Positions 8,965-16,545 of a stretch of 56,168 nucleotides of DNA are shown in pieces. The stretch is from contig MGKE01000001.1 in NCBI GenBank assembly GCA_001794635.1, forward strand, positions 1 through 56,168, read 5' to 3'. Under the pieces are notes generated by a model. The model saw only the letters and a program-made list of their open reading frames with translations. It did not search any database and was not told where the DNA came from. Made by a program: the position numbers and the translations under genes. Source of the stretch: Candidatus Yanofskybacteria bacterium RIFCSPLOWO2_01_FULL_39_28 (lineage in GTDB: Bacteria > Patescibacteriota > Minisyncoccia > 2-02-FULL-40-12 > GWA2-44-9). Numbering within the stretch: the stretch's first letter is position 1; every line of letters starts with the position of its first letter.

Positions 8965-9565
8965 ATTTTTTGGCCTTTTGGTAGAGTTCTTCTATCTTGT
9001 CCCAATTGAGATTGTCAAAAAATGATTTTATATAAGTTGCTCGGTCGGAACCGGTATCAATGAAATAGGAATGCTCGTAGACATCCATGCACAAAACTGG
9101 AACTGTGCCCCAAATACCGCCATGATTCTGAGCATCACAAGTAAAAATACGCAGTTCTTTTTCGTGCATATCCCAAGCCAACACAGCCCAACCCCGAGCT
9201 GCCATCCCACAAGCTGAAAAATATGTCTTGAAACCGTCAAAGGAACCATACCTATCGGCTAATTTGGAAACAATTTCTCCTCGTGGCACACCGTCACCGC
9301 CAAGAACGGCGAAATAATTCTCGTGCAAATAAACTCCGTTATTAGCAAATGATTCTCCATTCTTAAGTCCTCTCAATTCACTATATGTCTGATTGCCTTC
9401 GGCTTTACCGCTCTGAACTATCGGCCTTAACTTTTCCTTGATTTCATTGGATTTATCAACATATCCTTTATAAAGTTTACCATGATGAATCTCAATCGTC
9501 TTTTGAGAAATTCCCTTTAACGAATCTGGGGCATAGTTTAATTGTTTAAATTCCTTTTTTGCCAT
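8951..9565 (-). CDS. sod: Fe/Mn superoxide dismutase
   Basis: IHHGK, LHENYF, GWAVL, DVYEHSY metal-ligand motifs. Confidence 0.9.
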   Translation of the reverse strand: MAKKEFKQLNYAPDSLKGISQKTIEIHHGKLYKGYVDKSNEIKEKLRPIVQSGKAEGNQTYSELRGLKNGESFANNGVYLHENYFAVLGGDGVPRGEIVSKLADRYGSFDGFKTYFSACGMAARGWAVLAWDMHEKELRIFTCDAQNHGGIWGTVPVLCMDVYEHSYFIDTGSDRATYIKSFFDNLNWDKIEELYQKAKKYELD

Positions 9566-9632
9566 AATTGCTTATGAACGCAGTGAATAACTGCAATTAT
9601 GAGCATCCCGCCGAAGCCTTGGCGAAGGCGGA
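9565..9632. repeat. Two adjacent family A hairpins with symmetric GAA internal loops
   Basis: ATAATTGC...GCAATTAT enclosing TTATGAACGCAGTGAATAA; CCGCC-GAA-GCCTTGGC-GAA-GGCGG. Confidence 0.75.
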
Positions 9633-9642
9633 TGGCTCACAT

Positions 9643-9879
9643 TTATTTTATATTTAGTATTTGATTAATTTCTTCCTTATCAAACCCGACGATAATTTTC
9701 CCATCTATATCAATAACCGGCACGCCCATCTGACCGCTTTTGTCTATCATTTCTTTCTGAGCTTCTTGGTTTAATGAAACATCAATACTCTCATATTTAA
9801 TTTCTTTTTCATCTAAATACTGCTTGGCTTTTTTGCACCAAGGACAAGTTGGAGTTGAATATATTTTTATGTTAGCCAT
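9643..9879 (-). CDS. Glutaredoxin-like protein (NrdH/YruB type)
   Basis: CPWC, GQMGVPVI, IVGFD; likely start ATG 9879. Confidence 0.92.
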   Translation of the reverse strand: MANIKIYSTPTCPWCKKAKQYLDEKEIKYESIDVSLNQEAQKEMIDKSGQMGVPVIDIDGKIIVGFDKEEINQILNIK

Positions 9880-9944
9880 ATTATCTGATCTGATTATATC
9901 ATAGATAAGTAAAAACAAGAAGGTGAATTACTAAATGATTAAAT

Positions 9945-9973
9945 TTGCAAAAAATCAAATTATGTAATATAAT
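9945..9973 (+). promoter_or_regulatory. Sigma70-like promoter
   Basis: TTGCAA-17nt-TATAAT upstream of the ORF at 10007. Confidence 0.65.
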
Positions 9974-10006
9974 ATCGGGAGTATTTTTAAACTTAAAAAG
10001 TGTATC

Positions 10007-10708
10007 TTGATGTCTTTCAAATGGAGGTTGTTATTGCTGTGTGTGATTCTATCGGCTTATCCCAGCCCGCCGATTTTAGCCCAAGAAACAATCGCCAAAT
10101 TGCTGGTAGACAAAGGCCTGGCTAAAATTAATGTTGAGCCTAGAAAAACGATAACAACAGATGTAGTTTCCGTAACCGAAGAATATGCTAATAAAGAGGC
10201 CTACGACAACAAGAGATCCAAATCAATAAAAACAAGCAGGAAAACAATTACTGGAAGGCCAAAACTTGGCTATCTAAACGTGGATGAATTGTACCAAGCA
10301 TTTGCAACCAGGTTTGATTTCTTAATTGAGAACAATGATAGTACTGGGGTAATCAATGACGTCCAATGTGCATTAATAAAATTCACTCCTAAGCCCAATT
10401 TGACCAGCAAAACAGTTACTGATGCTTTTATCAATCACACTGCCGGCAAAGTATATATAAACCTGGACAACTTTGAGATCATCAGAATTGAAGGCGGCAT
10501 CAACAATCATTTTGTAACCACTTGGAGAGCTTGGTGGTCACCAATTGCCTTTGATGTTGACGTATATGAATTCAGTTTTTCGATAGACTATACCATATTC
10601 AATAATGTAGTTATAGAGAAGAATCTGGAAGGCATGGCTGATTATGAGATAAGGAATAGGGGTATTGATAGGCACATTTATACGCTTAGTAATTACAGAA
10701 TAAGATAA
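10007..10708 (+). CDS. Hypothetical secreted protein (233 aa)
   Basis: Signal-peptide-like N-terminus, beta-rich pattern; own promoter and terminator. Confidence 0.8.
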   Translation: MMSFKWRLLLLCVILSAYPSPPILAQETIAKLLVDKGLAKINVEPRKTITTDVVSVTEEYANKEAYDNKRSKSIKTSRKTITGRPKLGYLNVDELYQAFATRFDFLIENNDSTGVINDVQCALIKFTPKPNLTSKTVTDAFINHTAGKVYINLDNFEIIRIEGGINNHFVTTWRAWWSPIAFDVDVYEFSFSIDYTIFNNVVIEKNLEGMADYEIRNRGIDRHIYTLSNYRIR

Positions 10709-10732
10709 ATCCGTCCACAAGACGGATTTTTT
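10707..10732 (+). terminator. Intrinsic terminator
   Basis: AAATCCGTC-cacaa-GACGGATTT followed by T run. Confidence 0.7.
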
Positions 10733-10797
10733 AAAAAATTTATAACTATATCCTAGGATAAGATTATAAATAATCTAATTTTTATAAATCAGCTGAT

Positions 10798-11949
10798 ATG
10801 CATATGTTCACTATCATAAAAAAGGATAGAAATTCAAAAGCCCGTTTGGGTGTTTTAAAGACGGCTCACGGAATTGTCAAAACCCCATCTTATGTAATAG
10901 TTGGGACTTACGGCCAAATAAGATATCTCTCGCCTTCAGATATTAAAAAAACAAAGACCCAATTAATTATTGCCAATACTTTTCATCTTTGGAAAGTTGC
11001 CAACAAAAAACCTCTTAAATTCGGCAAAATTTCAACCATGACTGATAGTGGCGGTTTTCAGGTTTTATCATTGGCTTTCAGCGATAAGAACAAAGCTGGA
11101 AAGTTTATGACTGGGACCCCAGACGCTAATACCAAACTCAAAAGAGACAAGATTAAAATAACTTCTAATGGCGTATATTTTGCTTTTAACGGCAAACGAC
11201 TATTTCTCGGTCCAGAATTATCAATGAAAATTCAAGAAAAAATCGGGGCTGACATTGTTTTCGCTTTTGACCACATTACCTCCCCCCTAGACACCTATGC
11301 TTACAATAAAAAAGCACTAGAACTCACGGATAAGTGGGCAAAAATTTGTTTAAAACATAAAGGTAAAAACCAGGCCTTGTTTGGCATCGTTCAGGGAGGA
11401 CTTTTCAAAGATTTAAGAATAAAAAGCGCCAAATCAATCGGCACTATGACTTTTGACGGATTTGGGATTGGCGGTTCCTACACCAAAAAACAGATTGCCA
11501 AAGTTTTGAAATGGATTATCCCCCACTTGCCAGAAGAAAAGCCACGCCATCTTCTTGGTGTCGGTAAAATTGAAGATATCTTTGAAGCGGTTGAAAACGG
11601 AATAGATACTTTTGACTGTGTTATCCCCACCCGCGAAGCTCGCCATGGCCGCTTGTATACTAAAAAGGGAACAATAGATATCCGCCGAGGATATTTTTCA
11701 AAAGACAAAAAGGTAATAGAACCGAGCTGTGGTTGTCCTACCTGTTCCAAAAAAATATCCAGATCCCAAATAAGCGCATTACTCAAAAATCCAATTCGTA
11801 AGCAAAATACCAAAGGTCAGCGTCTGTGTCTAATGCACAACATGTGGTTTTTTAATAATCTGCTTGAAAAGATAAGAAAATCAATAGCTAAAAATAGATT
11901 CATTGAATTTAAGAAAAAAACTTTAACCAATTTTCTCTCACAATATTAG
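10798..11949 (+). CDS. tgt: tRNA-guanine transglycosylase
   Basis: ARLG, TDSGGFQ, GIVQGG, PRHLLGVG, FDCVIPTR, Zn site CGCPTC...H. Confidence 0.93.
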   Translation: MHMFTIIKKDRNSKARLGVLKTAHGIVKTPSYVIVGTYGQIRYLSPSDIKKTKTQLIIANTFHLWKVANKKPLKFGKISTMTDSGGFQVLSLAFSDKNKAGKFMTGTPDANTKLKRDKIKITSNGVYFAFNGKRLFLGPELSMKIQEKIGADIVFAFDHITSPLDTYAYNKKALELTDKWAKICLKHKGKNQALFGIVQGGLFKDLRIKSAKSIGTMTFDGFGIGGSYTKKQIAKVLKWIIPHLPEEKPRHLLGVGKIEDIFEAVENGIDTFDCVIPTREARHGRLYTKKGTIDIRRGYFSKDKKVIEPSCGCPTCSKKISRSQISALLKNPIRKQNTKGQRLCLMHNMWFFNNLLEKIRKSIAKNRFIEFKKKTLTNFLSQY

Positions 11950-11979
11950 GTAAATTCATCATATGATGAATTTACCTAA
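11946..11979. repeat. Perfect 34-bp palindrome overlapping the tgt stop codon
   Basis: TTAGGTAAATTCATCAT|ATGATGAATTTACCTAA; the halves are exact reverse complements. Confidence 0.9.
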
Positions 11980-11984
11980 CTTCC

Positions 11985-12013
11985 TTGACAAAATTTAAAT
12001 CTTAGACTATTAT
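11985..12013 (+). promoter_or_regulatory. Sigma70-like promoter
   Basis: TTGACA-17nt-TATTAT; AGGAGG RBS before ATG 12052. Confidence 0.7.
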
Positions 12014-12051
12014 ATACTCGCGCGTAAGAAGCCAAACAAAAAGGAGGCAAA

Positions 12052-12354
12052 ATGCGTAAGTACCTTGTAGCAGTTCTGTTGGGTGGGATGTTTGCAATTT
12101 GTGCAGAACATTTTCTTACCATTGATGACGCTCTCAACCAAAAAGTTCAAAATCCATTCTTTGCCACAGTCGAAGCCCAATCACCAATTAGATTTGAAGT
12201 CCAGAAATCCGAATATATTGTTCCAGGCGATAGGTTTTATAACTATAAGTTAACTGCCGTCTGTGACACGGCCACCGGGACGCTACTTTATTCTACCGGA
12301 TACCAAAGCGGATTATGGGGAGTCGCCAATGGCTGCGCCAAAACTAACCGCTAG
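12052..12354 (+). CDS. Hypothetical exported protein (100 aa)
   Basis: RBS AGGAGG, hydrophobic N-terminus, two C-terminal Cys, followed by a terminator. Confidence 0.75.
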   Translation: MRKYLVAVLLGGMFAICAEHFLTIDDALNQKVQNPFFATVEAQSPIRFEVQKSEYIVPGDRFYNYKLTAVCDTATGTLLYSTGYQSGLWGVANGCAKTNR

Positions 12355-12363
12355 TTTTATACG

Positions 12364-12397
12364 AAAAACCCCGACGAATGTCGGGGTATTTTTATTT
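12364..12397. terminator. Bidirectional intrinsic terminator
   Basis: ACCCCGAC-gaat-GTCGGGGT flanked by A and T runs between convergent genes. Confidence 0.75.
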
Positions 12398-12429
12398 AAA
12401 ATTGCATACTACATTCTAAATACTGCCCA

Positions 12430-12741
12430 CTACATTCCTGACTGAGGAGGAACCATGGGCACAGTCTGCTCATTATGTTTCAATGCTTTTTTTGAGAAGA
12501 AATACAAATAGAGTATCTCTAATATTCCTAGTGTATTGATTATTAACAAGGCGATAAACCAGCCCTTCTCGTCATTTTTGGCAGCATGCCAAAGAGACCT
12601 GTATTTCCAATAAAGCGTCCAAAGTATAAGCAGAAGCATAATCGGACCAAAAACAAGTCCGCCGCCAAAGCCCATGCCAAAAGAAGTCCCCAATCCTCCC
12701 CAGTTAGACATACTGTCCCAACCACCCATAAAATTTGCCAT
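12430..12741 (-). CDS. DUF5652-like small membrane protein
   Basis: WK-x-x-SLWHAAKNDEKGWFIALLIINTLGILEILY pattern. Confidence 0.75.
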   Translation of the reverse strand: MANFMGGWDSMSNWGGLGTSFGMGFGGGLVFGPIMLLLILWTLYWKYRSLWHAAKNDEKGWFIALLIINTLGILEILYLYFFSKKALKHNEQTVPMVPPQSGM

Positions 12742-13554
12742 TTATCTTAATAGTTTTAACTTGGTGATGTCTTTTTTTACTTTATCCGGTTTAGTTTCAC
12801 AGATAAAGTCCACCTGGCTAAAAACTTTAATTAAATTTTTAAACCCTTCAATTCCTATTTTACCATCTCCAATGTGATTGTGTCTATCTTTTCTATCCCC
12901 AAGGCCGACTTTTGAATCATTAGCGTGGATAAGTTTAATTTTTTCAAGTCCGATAGTATTTTTAATAATATCAATTGTTTTATTAAATCCATCTTTGCTT
13001 TTAATGTCATATCCGGAAGCAAACATATGAGCTGAATCAATGCAAACATAAATCCTCTCATCATTGCCAATTACCTGTTCAAGTTCCTCAAAAGTATCAC
13101 CCATTACATTCCCTGCCCCAGCTGATATTTCTAATAAAAATTCTGTAGTGCCTTTGTAGCCCATCATCACCGCCCGGATTCCAGAAGCAGTAACTTTAAT
13201 TGCCTCCTCCCGAGACATGTCCTTTGAACTTCCTAAGTGAGTCATAACGTATTTGGCCCCAATCAAACTCCCCCGCTCAAGTTCTTCTCTGACTACTCGC
13301 ACTGAAGCTTCTCTGGTCTTTGGATTAGCTGAAGCAAAATTAATGTAATATGGCGCATGGATATAACAATCGGCTTGTTTCCGTTTCTTCATTTCTTCTT
13401 TAAATTTTTTAATAATTTCATTATCTATCTTCGGAGCCGGACCACCCTGTGGCGACCGAGTAAACATCTGAAAAACCTCGCACCCCAAATCAGCCGCCCG
13501 CTCCGGCGCATTTATAATACCCCCAGCAATAGAAACATGACAACCTATTTTCAT
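12742..13554 (-). CDS. nfo: Endonuclease IV (AP endonuclease)
   Basis: HAPYYIN, LLEISAG, VCIDSAH, HANDS, DRH-x-HIGDG. Confidence 0.93.
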   Translation of the reverse strand: MKIGCHVSIAGGIINAPERAADLGCEVFQMFTRSPQGGPAPKIDNEIIKKFKEEMKKRKQADCYIHAPYYINFASANPKTREASVRVVREELERGSLIGAKYVMTHLGSSKDMSREEAIKVTASGIRAVMMGYKGTTEFLLEISAGAGNVMGDTFEELEQVIGNDERIYVCIDSAHMFASGYDIKSKDGFNKTIDIIKNTIGLEKIKLIHANDSKVGLGDRKDRHNHIGDGKIGIEGFKNLIKVFSQVDFICETKPDKVKKDITKLKLLR

Positions 13555-13883
13555 GAGATCACTCCTTCGTTTTTAAGTTCTTCTAAAATATCCGCCGGAA
13601 TAGGGATTTGTTTTCCAACCGGGCTAACGCCCGGATATCTCCAAGCGGAAATGATTATTTTTTTACTTCCTCTTGTTTGATACATAGTCCAAATTTCTGA
13701 TGGTTTTTTTATATTAGGACCGGGAGTCATTACCGCAATTGTGTTTTCTGCGACTCCTTCTTCAACCCTTTTTGGATTTCTAATAGCTCTTTTTACTCTA
13801 TCCGGCGAAAGGCCGTAAAAAACCATCTTTTGGATGGCGTGATTAGTCCAATGATACTTAGAATCATTTTTAACTTTAAACAT
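13551..13883 (-). CDS. Hypothetical protein, DUF4258-like
   Basis: WTNHA-x-x-KM, RVKRAIRNP; 4-bp overlap with nfo. Confidence 0.6.
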   Translation of the reverse strand: MFKVKNDSKYHWTNHAIQKMVFYGLSPDRVKRAIRNPKRVEEGVAENTIAVMTPGPNIKKPSEIWTMYQTRGSKKIIISAWRYPGVSPVGKQIPIPADILEELKNEGVIS

Positions 13884-13898
13884 ATAACTTGTTCGTTA

Positions 13899-14342
13899 TT
13901 AAAATCCAAGTAACCCCAAAACAGAAGAATCTGAAATCGCTATACTAAAAATGGTTAAACAAATTAGGGCCGATATAATGCACCAAGTACACCAATTCTT
14001 CAAAATAAAAGCCTGGACTAGAGTAAGATAAATTGAAAACATAAAAGCAAGGATCGTCGCAACAAGAAGTCCGTAAGCAACAAAACTAGAATATAGACTT
14101 GGAAATATAATGGCAAGACCGTAGGTCAAAGCTATAAATCCATAGTAAAACATCCCCAGGTTCTCAACTGAAAAACCAAAAAATTTAGAATAGTCACTAT
14201 GAATGACCGTATCACAATTGGCCCTTAGCGGACAGATCAGCGCTTCTTTAATATTTTTTTTGTGATGGCGAATGTAGGAAGCTATGAGAAAACCGACAAA
14301 AGCAAGAAGTATAATAATAACAAAATCAGCTACGTACGGCAT
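13899..14342 (-). CDS. Vitamin K epoxide reductase (VKOR) family protein
   Basis: C-x(5)-C-x-x-V-x-x-S-x-YS and C-terminal WCTWC. Confidence 0.9.
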   Translation of the reverse strand: MPYVADFVIIILLAFVGFLIASYIRHHKKNIKEALICPLRANCDTVIHSDYSKFFGFSVENLGMFYYGFIALTYGLAIIFPSLYSSFVAYGLLVATILAFMFSIYLTLVQAFILKNWCTWCIISALICLTIFSIAISDSSVLGLLGF

Positions 14343-14367
14343 TTTTAAATTATAGCACTAAGTCTTC

Positions 14368-14400
14368 AAACCAAAAACCCCTTTTCGGGGTTTTTGGTTT
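14368..14400 (-). terminator. Intrinsic terminator after the RRM gene
   Basis: AAACCAAAAACCCC-5nt-GGGGTTTTTGGTTT, perfect 14-bp stem. Confidence 0.8.
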
Positions 14401-14406
14401 AGAGGT

Positions 14407-14766
14407 TTAGTATTCCTCTCTTCGGCCTCCGCCGAATCCACCACGGCTTCCACCGAATCCACCACGGCTTCCACCGCTGCCACCACTACTGCCAAAGCTC
14501 CTTCTCGGAGGTCTGTCGGCCAACGGTCTGGCTTCATTGACTACAAGCTTTCTGCCGTCATGCTCTTGGCCATTGAATTTCTCAACAGCTGCATCAGCTT
14601 CTGCATCGTTTGCCATTTCGACAAAACCGAAGCCTCGTGATCGTCCAGACATTTTGTCTATGATCACATTAGCTGATGTGACTTCGCCAGCATCAGCAAA
14701 TAATTGCTTCAAGCTGTCGTCAGTAGCATTATAGGACAAATTACCTACATATAATTTCTTTGCCAC
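14407..14766 (-). CDS. RRM (RNP-1) RNA-binding protein with Gly/Arg-rich tail
   Basis: KLYVGNL (RNP2), RGFGFVEM (RNP1), VVNEARP, RGG tail; GTG start. Confidence 0.95.
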   Translation of the reverse strand: MAKKLYVGNLSYNATDDSLKQLFADAGEVTSANVIIDKMSGRSRGFGFVEMANDAEADAAVEKFNGQEHDGRKLVVNEARPLADRPPRRSFGSSGGSGGSRGGFGGSRGGFGGGRREEY

Positions 14767-14867
14767 TTAATAAAGGCACAAACATTCCACTAAATGAACC
14801 TCTTATTCAGCGTTTCATTTAATAAGAATATGTGCTTAAAATTTTGCAGGAACGACCTCTCGCCTCG

Positions 14868-14897
14868 CCCCCACACTCATTTTATGAGTGTGGGGGC
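14868..14897. repeat. Palindromic repeat family B (CCCCACACTCA) hairpin
   Basis: CCCCCACACTCAT-short T loop-ATGAGTGTGGGGG; related arms at 16328-16461 and 26002-26026. Confidence 0.8.
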
Positions 14898-15012
14898 TCG
14901 TTCCTACTAATTACTCCTTAGAGATACTTAGAGAAACACCCACGAGAAAACCTACACTGGCTATATGATAGCATGTATCGCTTCAAAATGCAAATCAGGC
15001 TATAATTATTTT

Positions 15013-15480
15013 ATGTTTAGAAAAATACTTGTCACAGTCATCATTGCTATCTTTCTTTTAGTCATTGCTTCTTTTTATTTCTTTAAAAATGAAAAACCAA
15101 CGTCAGAATACCCAATAACCAGACTTGAACAAAAAATAATTTATATAAATGGCCGGCCATTGAAAGTTGAGATAGCTGACGAACCACATGAACAATCACG
15201 CGGGTTATCTGGCAGAGAATTCTTGAAAGCAAACGAAGGAATGCTGTTTGTTTTTTCCCAATCGGACAAGCACAGCTTCTGGATGAAAGATATGAAATTT
15301 CCATTAGACATAATATGGATAGACGAAAAAAAGACAATGGTTGATATGGCAAAAAATTTATCTCCAGAAATATTTCCGGCAACATTTTCTCCTTCATCTC
15401 CAGTAAAATACGTCTTAGAAATCAATGCCGGCTGGTCAGACCGCCACAACATCAAAGTCGGGGATACGATATCATTTTAA
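15013..15480 (+). CDS. DUF192 family protein
   Basis: VEIAD, RGLSGR, GMLFVF, FWMKDMKFPLDIIWID, YVLEINAG; likely start ATG 15013. Confidence 0.9.
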   Translation: MFRKILVTVIIAIFLLVIASFYFFKNEKPTSEYPITRLEQKIIYINGRPLKVEIADEPHEQSRGLSGREFLKANEGMLFVFSQSDKHSFWMKDMKFPLDIIWIDEKKTMVDMAKNLSPEIFPATFSPSSPVKYVLEINAGWSDRHNIKVGDTISF

Positions 15481-15688
15481 TTTCCCGCTCTCGCTCTCCC
15501 CATTTCTCATCCGGTTCGCTCGTTAACAAATACGTCAATATTTCCTCATTTTCTTGAATAAAAATTGGGTCCCTTCGAGGGACTACATCCCAATTTTGTA
15601 TTCCACAGAAAATGTCAGAAATATCTTGTATTTGTAGTAAAGTCGCTCAAAGGATTCAAAATGGGAAGAGCTACGCGGTAAATTAAAA
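15475..15688. repeat. About 214-bp imperfect rod-like inverted-repeat element (MITE-like or structured RNA)
   Basis: About 30-bp imperfect terminal IRs plus five nested stems checked by eye. Confidence 0.75.
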
Positions 15689-15705
15689 ATAGCCAAGGTG
15701 GCTAT

Positions 15706-16038
15706 TTAAATCCAAGAACCAACTATTCTCTCTTCTCTACACCCTCTATCACGCACTATTTTACCAAAAGTTTTTTCTCTGCGATCACAAACAAATTCTA
15801 AAGTATCCACCTCTTCACCGGTCCTGTTATCGGTAAGATTCACGTAATAATCATGATGTTCCCAGCTTTTACTTTTCACTTCTTGCCTAGCCAGCTTTGC
15901 CGCTTTCCTAAAAATAAGTTTCTTGTTGGTTGACGCCGCAATAATTACTTCTGCACCTCTGTAATTACTGACGCTAACAAGTACATAATTTCTCATTCTT
16001 TCACCACAAGGAACTAGTTTATAAAAAGATATTAACAA
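15706..16038 (-). CDS. Hypothetical protein (about 100 aa)
   Basis: ORF only; possible start MRNYV at 15999. Confidence 0.6.
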   Translation of the reverse strand: MLISFYKLVPCGERMRNYVLVSVSNYRGAEVIIAASTNKKLIFRKAAKLARQEVKSKSWEHHDYYVNLTDNRTGEEVDTLEFVCDRREKTFGKIVRDRGCREERIVGSWI

Positions 16039-16115
16039 ATAAGTTTAGTTGCGTCAAGAAAATAAAAACCCCCAATTTATATATTGGTTGGGTTTTGTAT
16101 TTATACAACCCGCGG

Positions 16116-16334
16116 CTATTTTACTCCACTAGACCAATTCAGCCACTCTCTGATTTTTTTAAGAAGTTTCCTGCCTTCATGAGTAATACAAACCACGGCG
16201 ACACCAAGACCGATAATAACTATCGGATAAAACAACGACCAAAAACTACCTGGGAAATAAAGTATCCCTAAATTTCTTAATAAAAAAGCTAGACCAAAAA
16301 TAACAACAAATACTCCGAATATATACATCCCCAC
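16116..16334 (-). CDS. Small membrane protein, DUF5668/LiaI-LiaF-like TM region
   Basis: G-x-x-x-V-x-x-GL-x-FLL-x-NLG ... W-x-x-x-x-P-x-x-II-x-x-G. Confidence 0.6.
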   Translation of the reverse strand: MGMYIFGVFVVIFGLAFLLRNLGILYFPGSFWSLFYPIVIIGLGVAVVCITHEGRKLLKKIREWLNWSSGVK

Positions 16335-16469
16335 ACTCAGTTAAGATATCTCCCTCCTGTGATTCAAGAAAAATATCTAAACCGATAATTAAAGATAAAT
16401 TTTGGTTTCCCGCACAGTCACTAATAAATACAAATCACAGATCCTAACTGAGTGTGGGGATACATATAT
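16321..16469. repeat. Family B repeat arms enclosing a spacer of about 95 bp
   Basis: ATCCCCACACTCAGTTA and TAACTGAGTGTGGGGAT; inner stem CTGTGATT/AATCACAG. Confidence 0.75.
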
Positions 16470-16508
16470 TTTCATTATACAACACTTTCTAGCCAAAAAC
16501 CACAACAC

Positions 16509-16537
16509 TTGACTTATCGTATATACTATTATATAAT
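16509..16537 (+). promoter_or_regulatory. Sigma70 promoter of the pilus operon
   Basis: TTGACT-17nt-TATAAT; the -10 ends 8 nt before ATG 16546. Confidence 0.75.
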
Positions 16538-16545
16538 ATAAGGAT

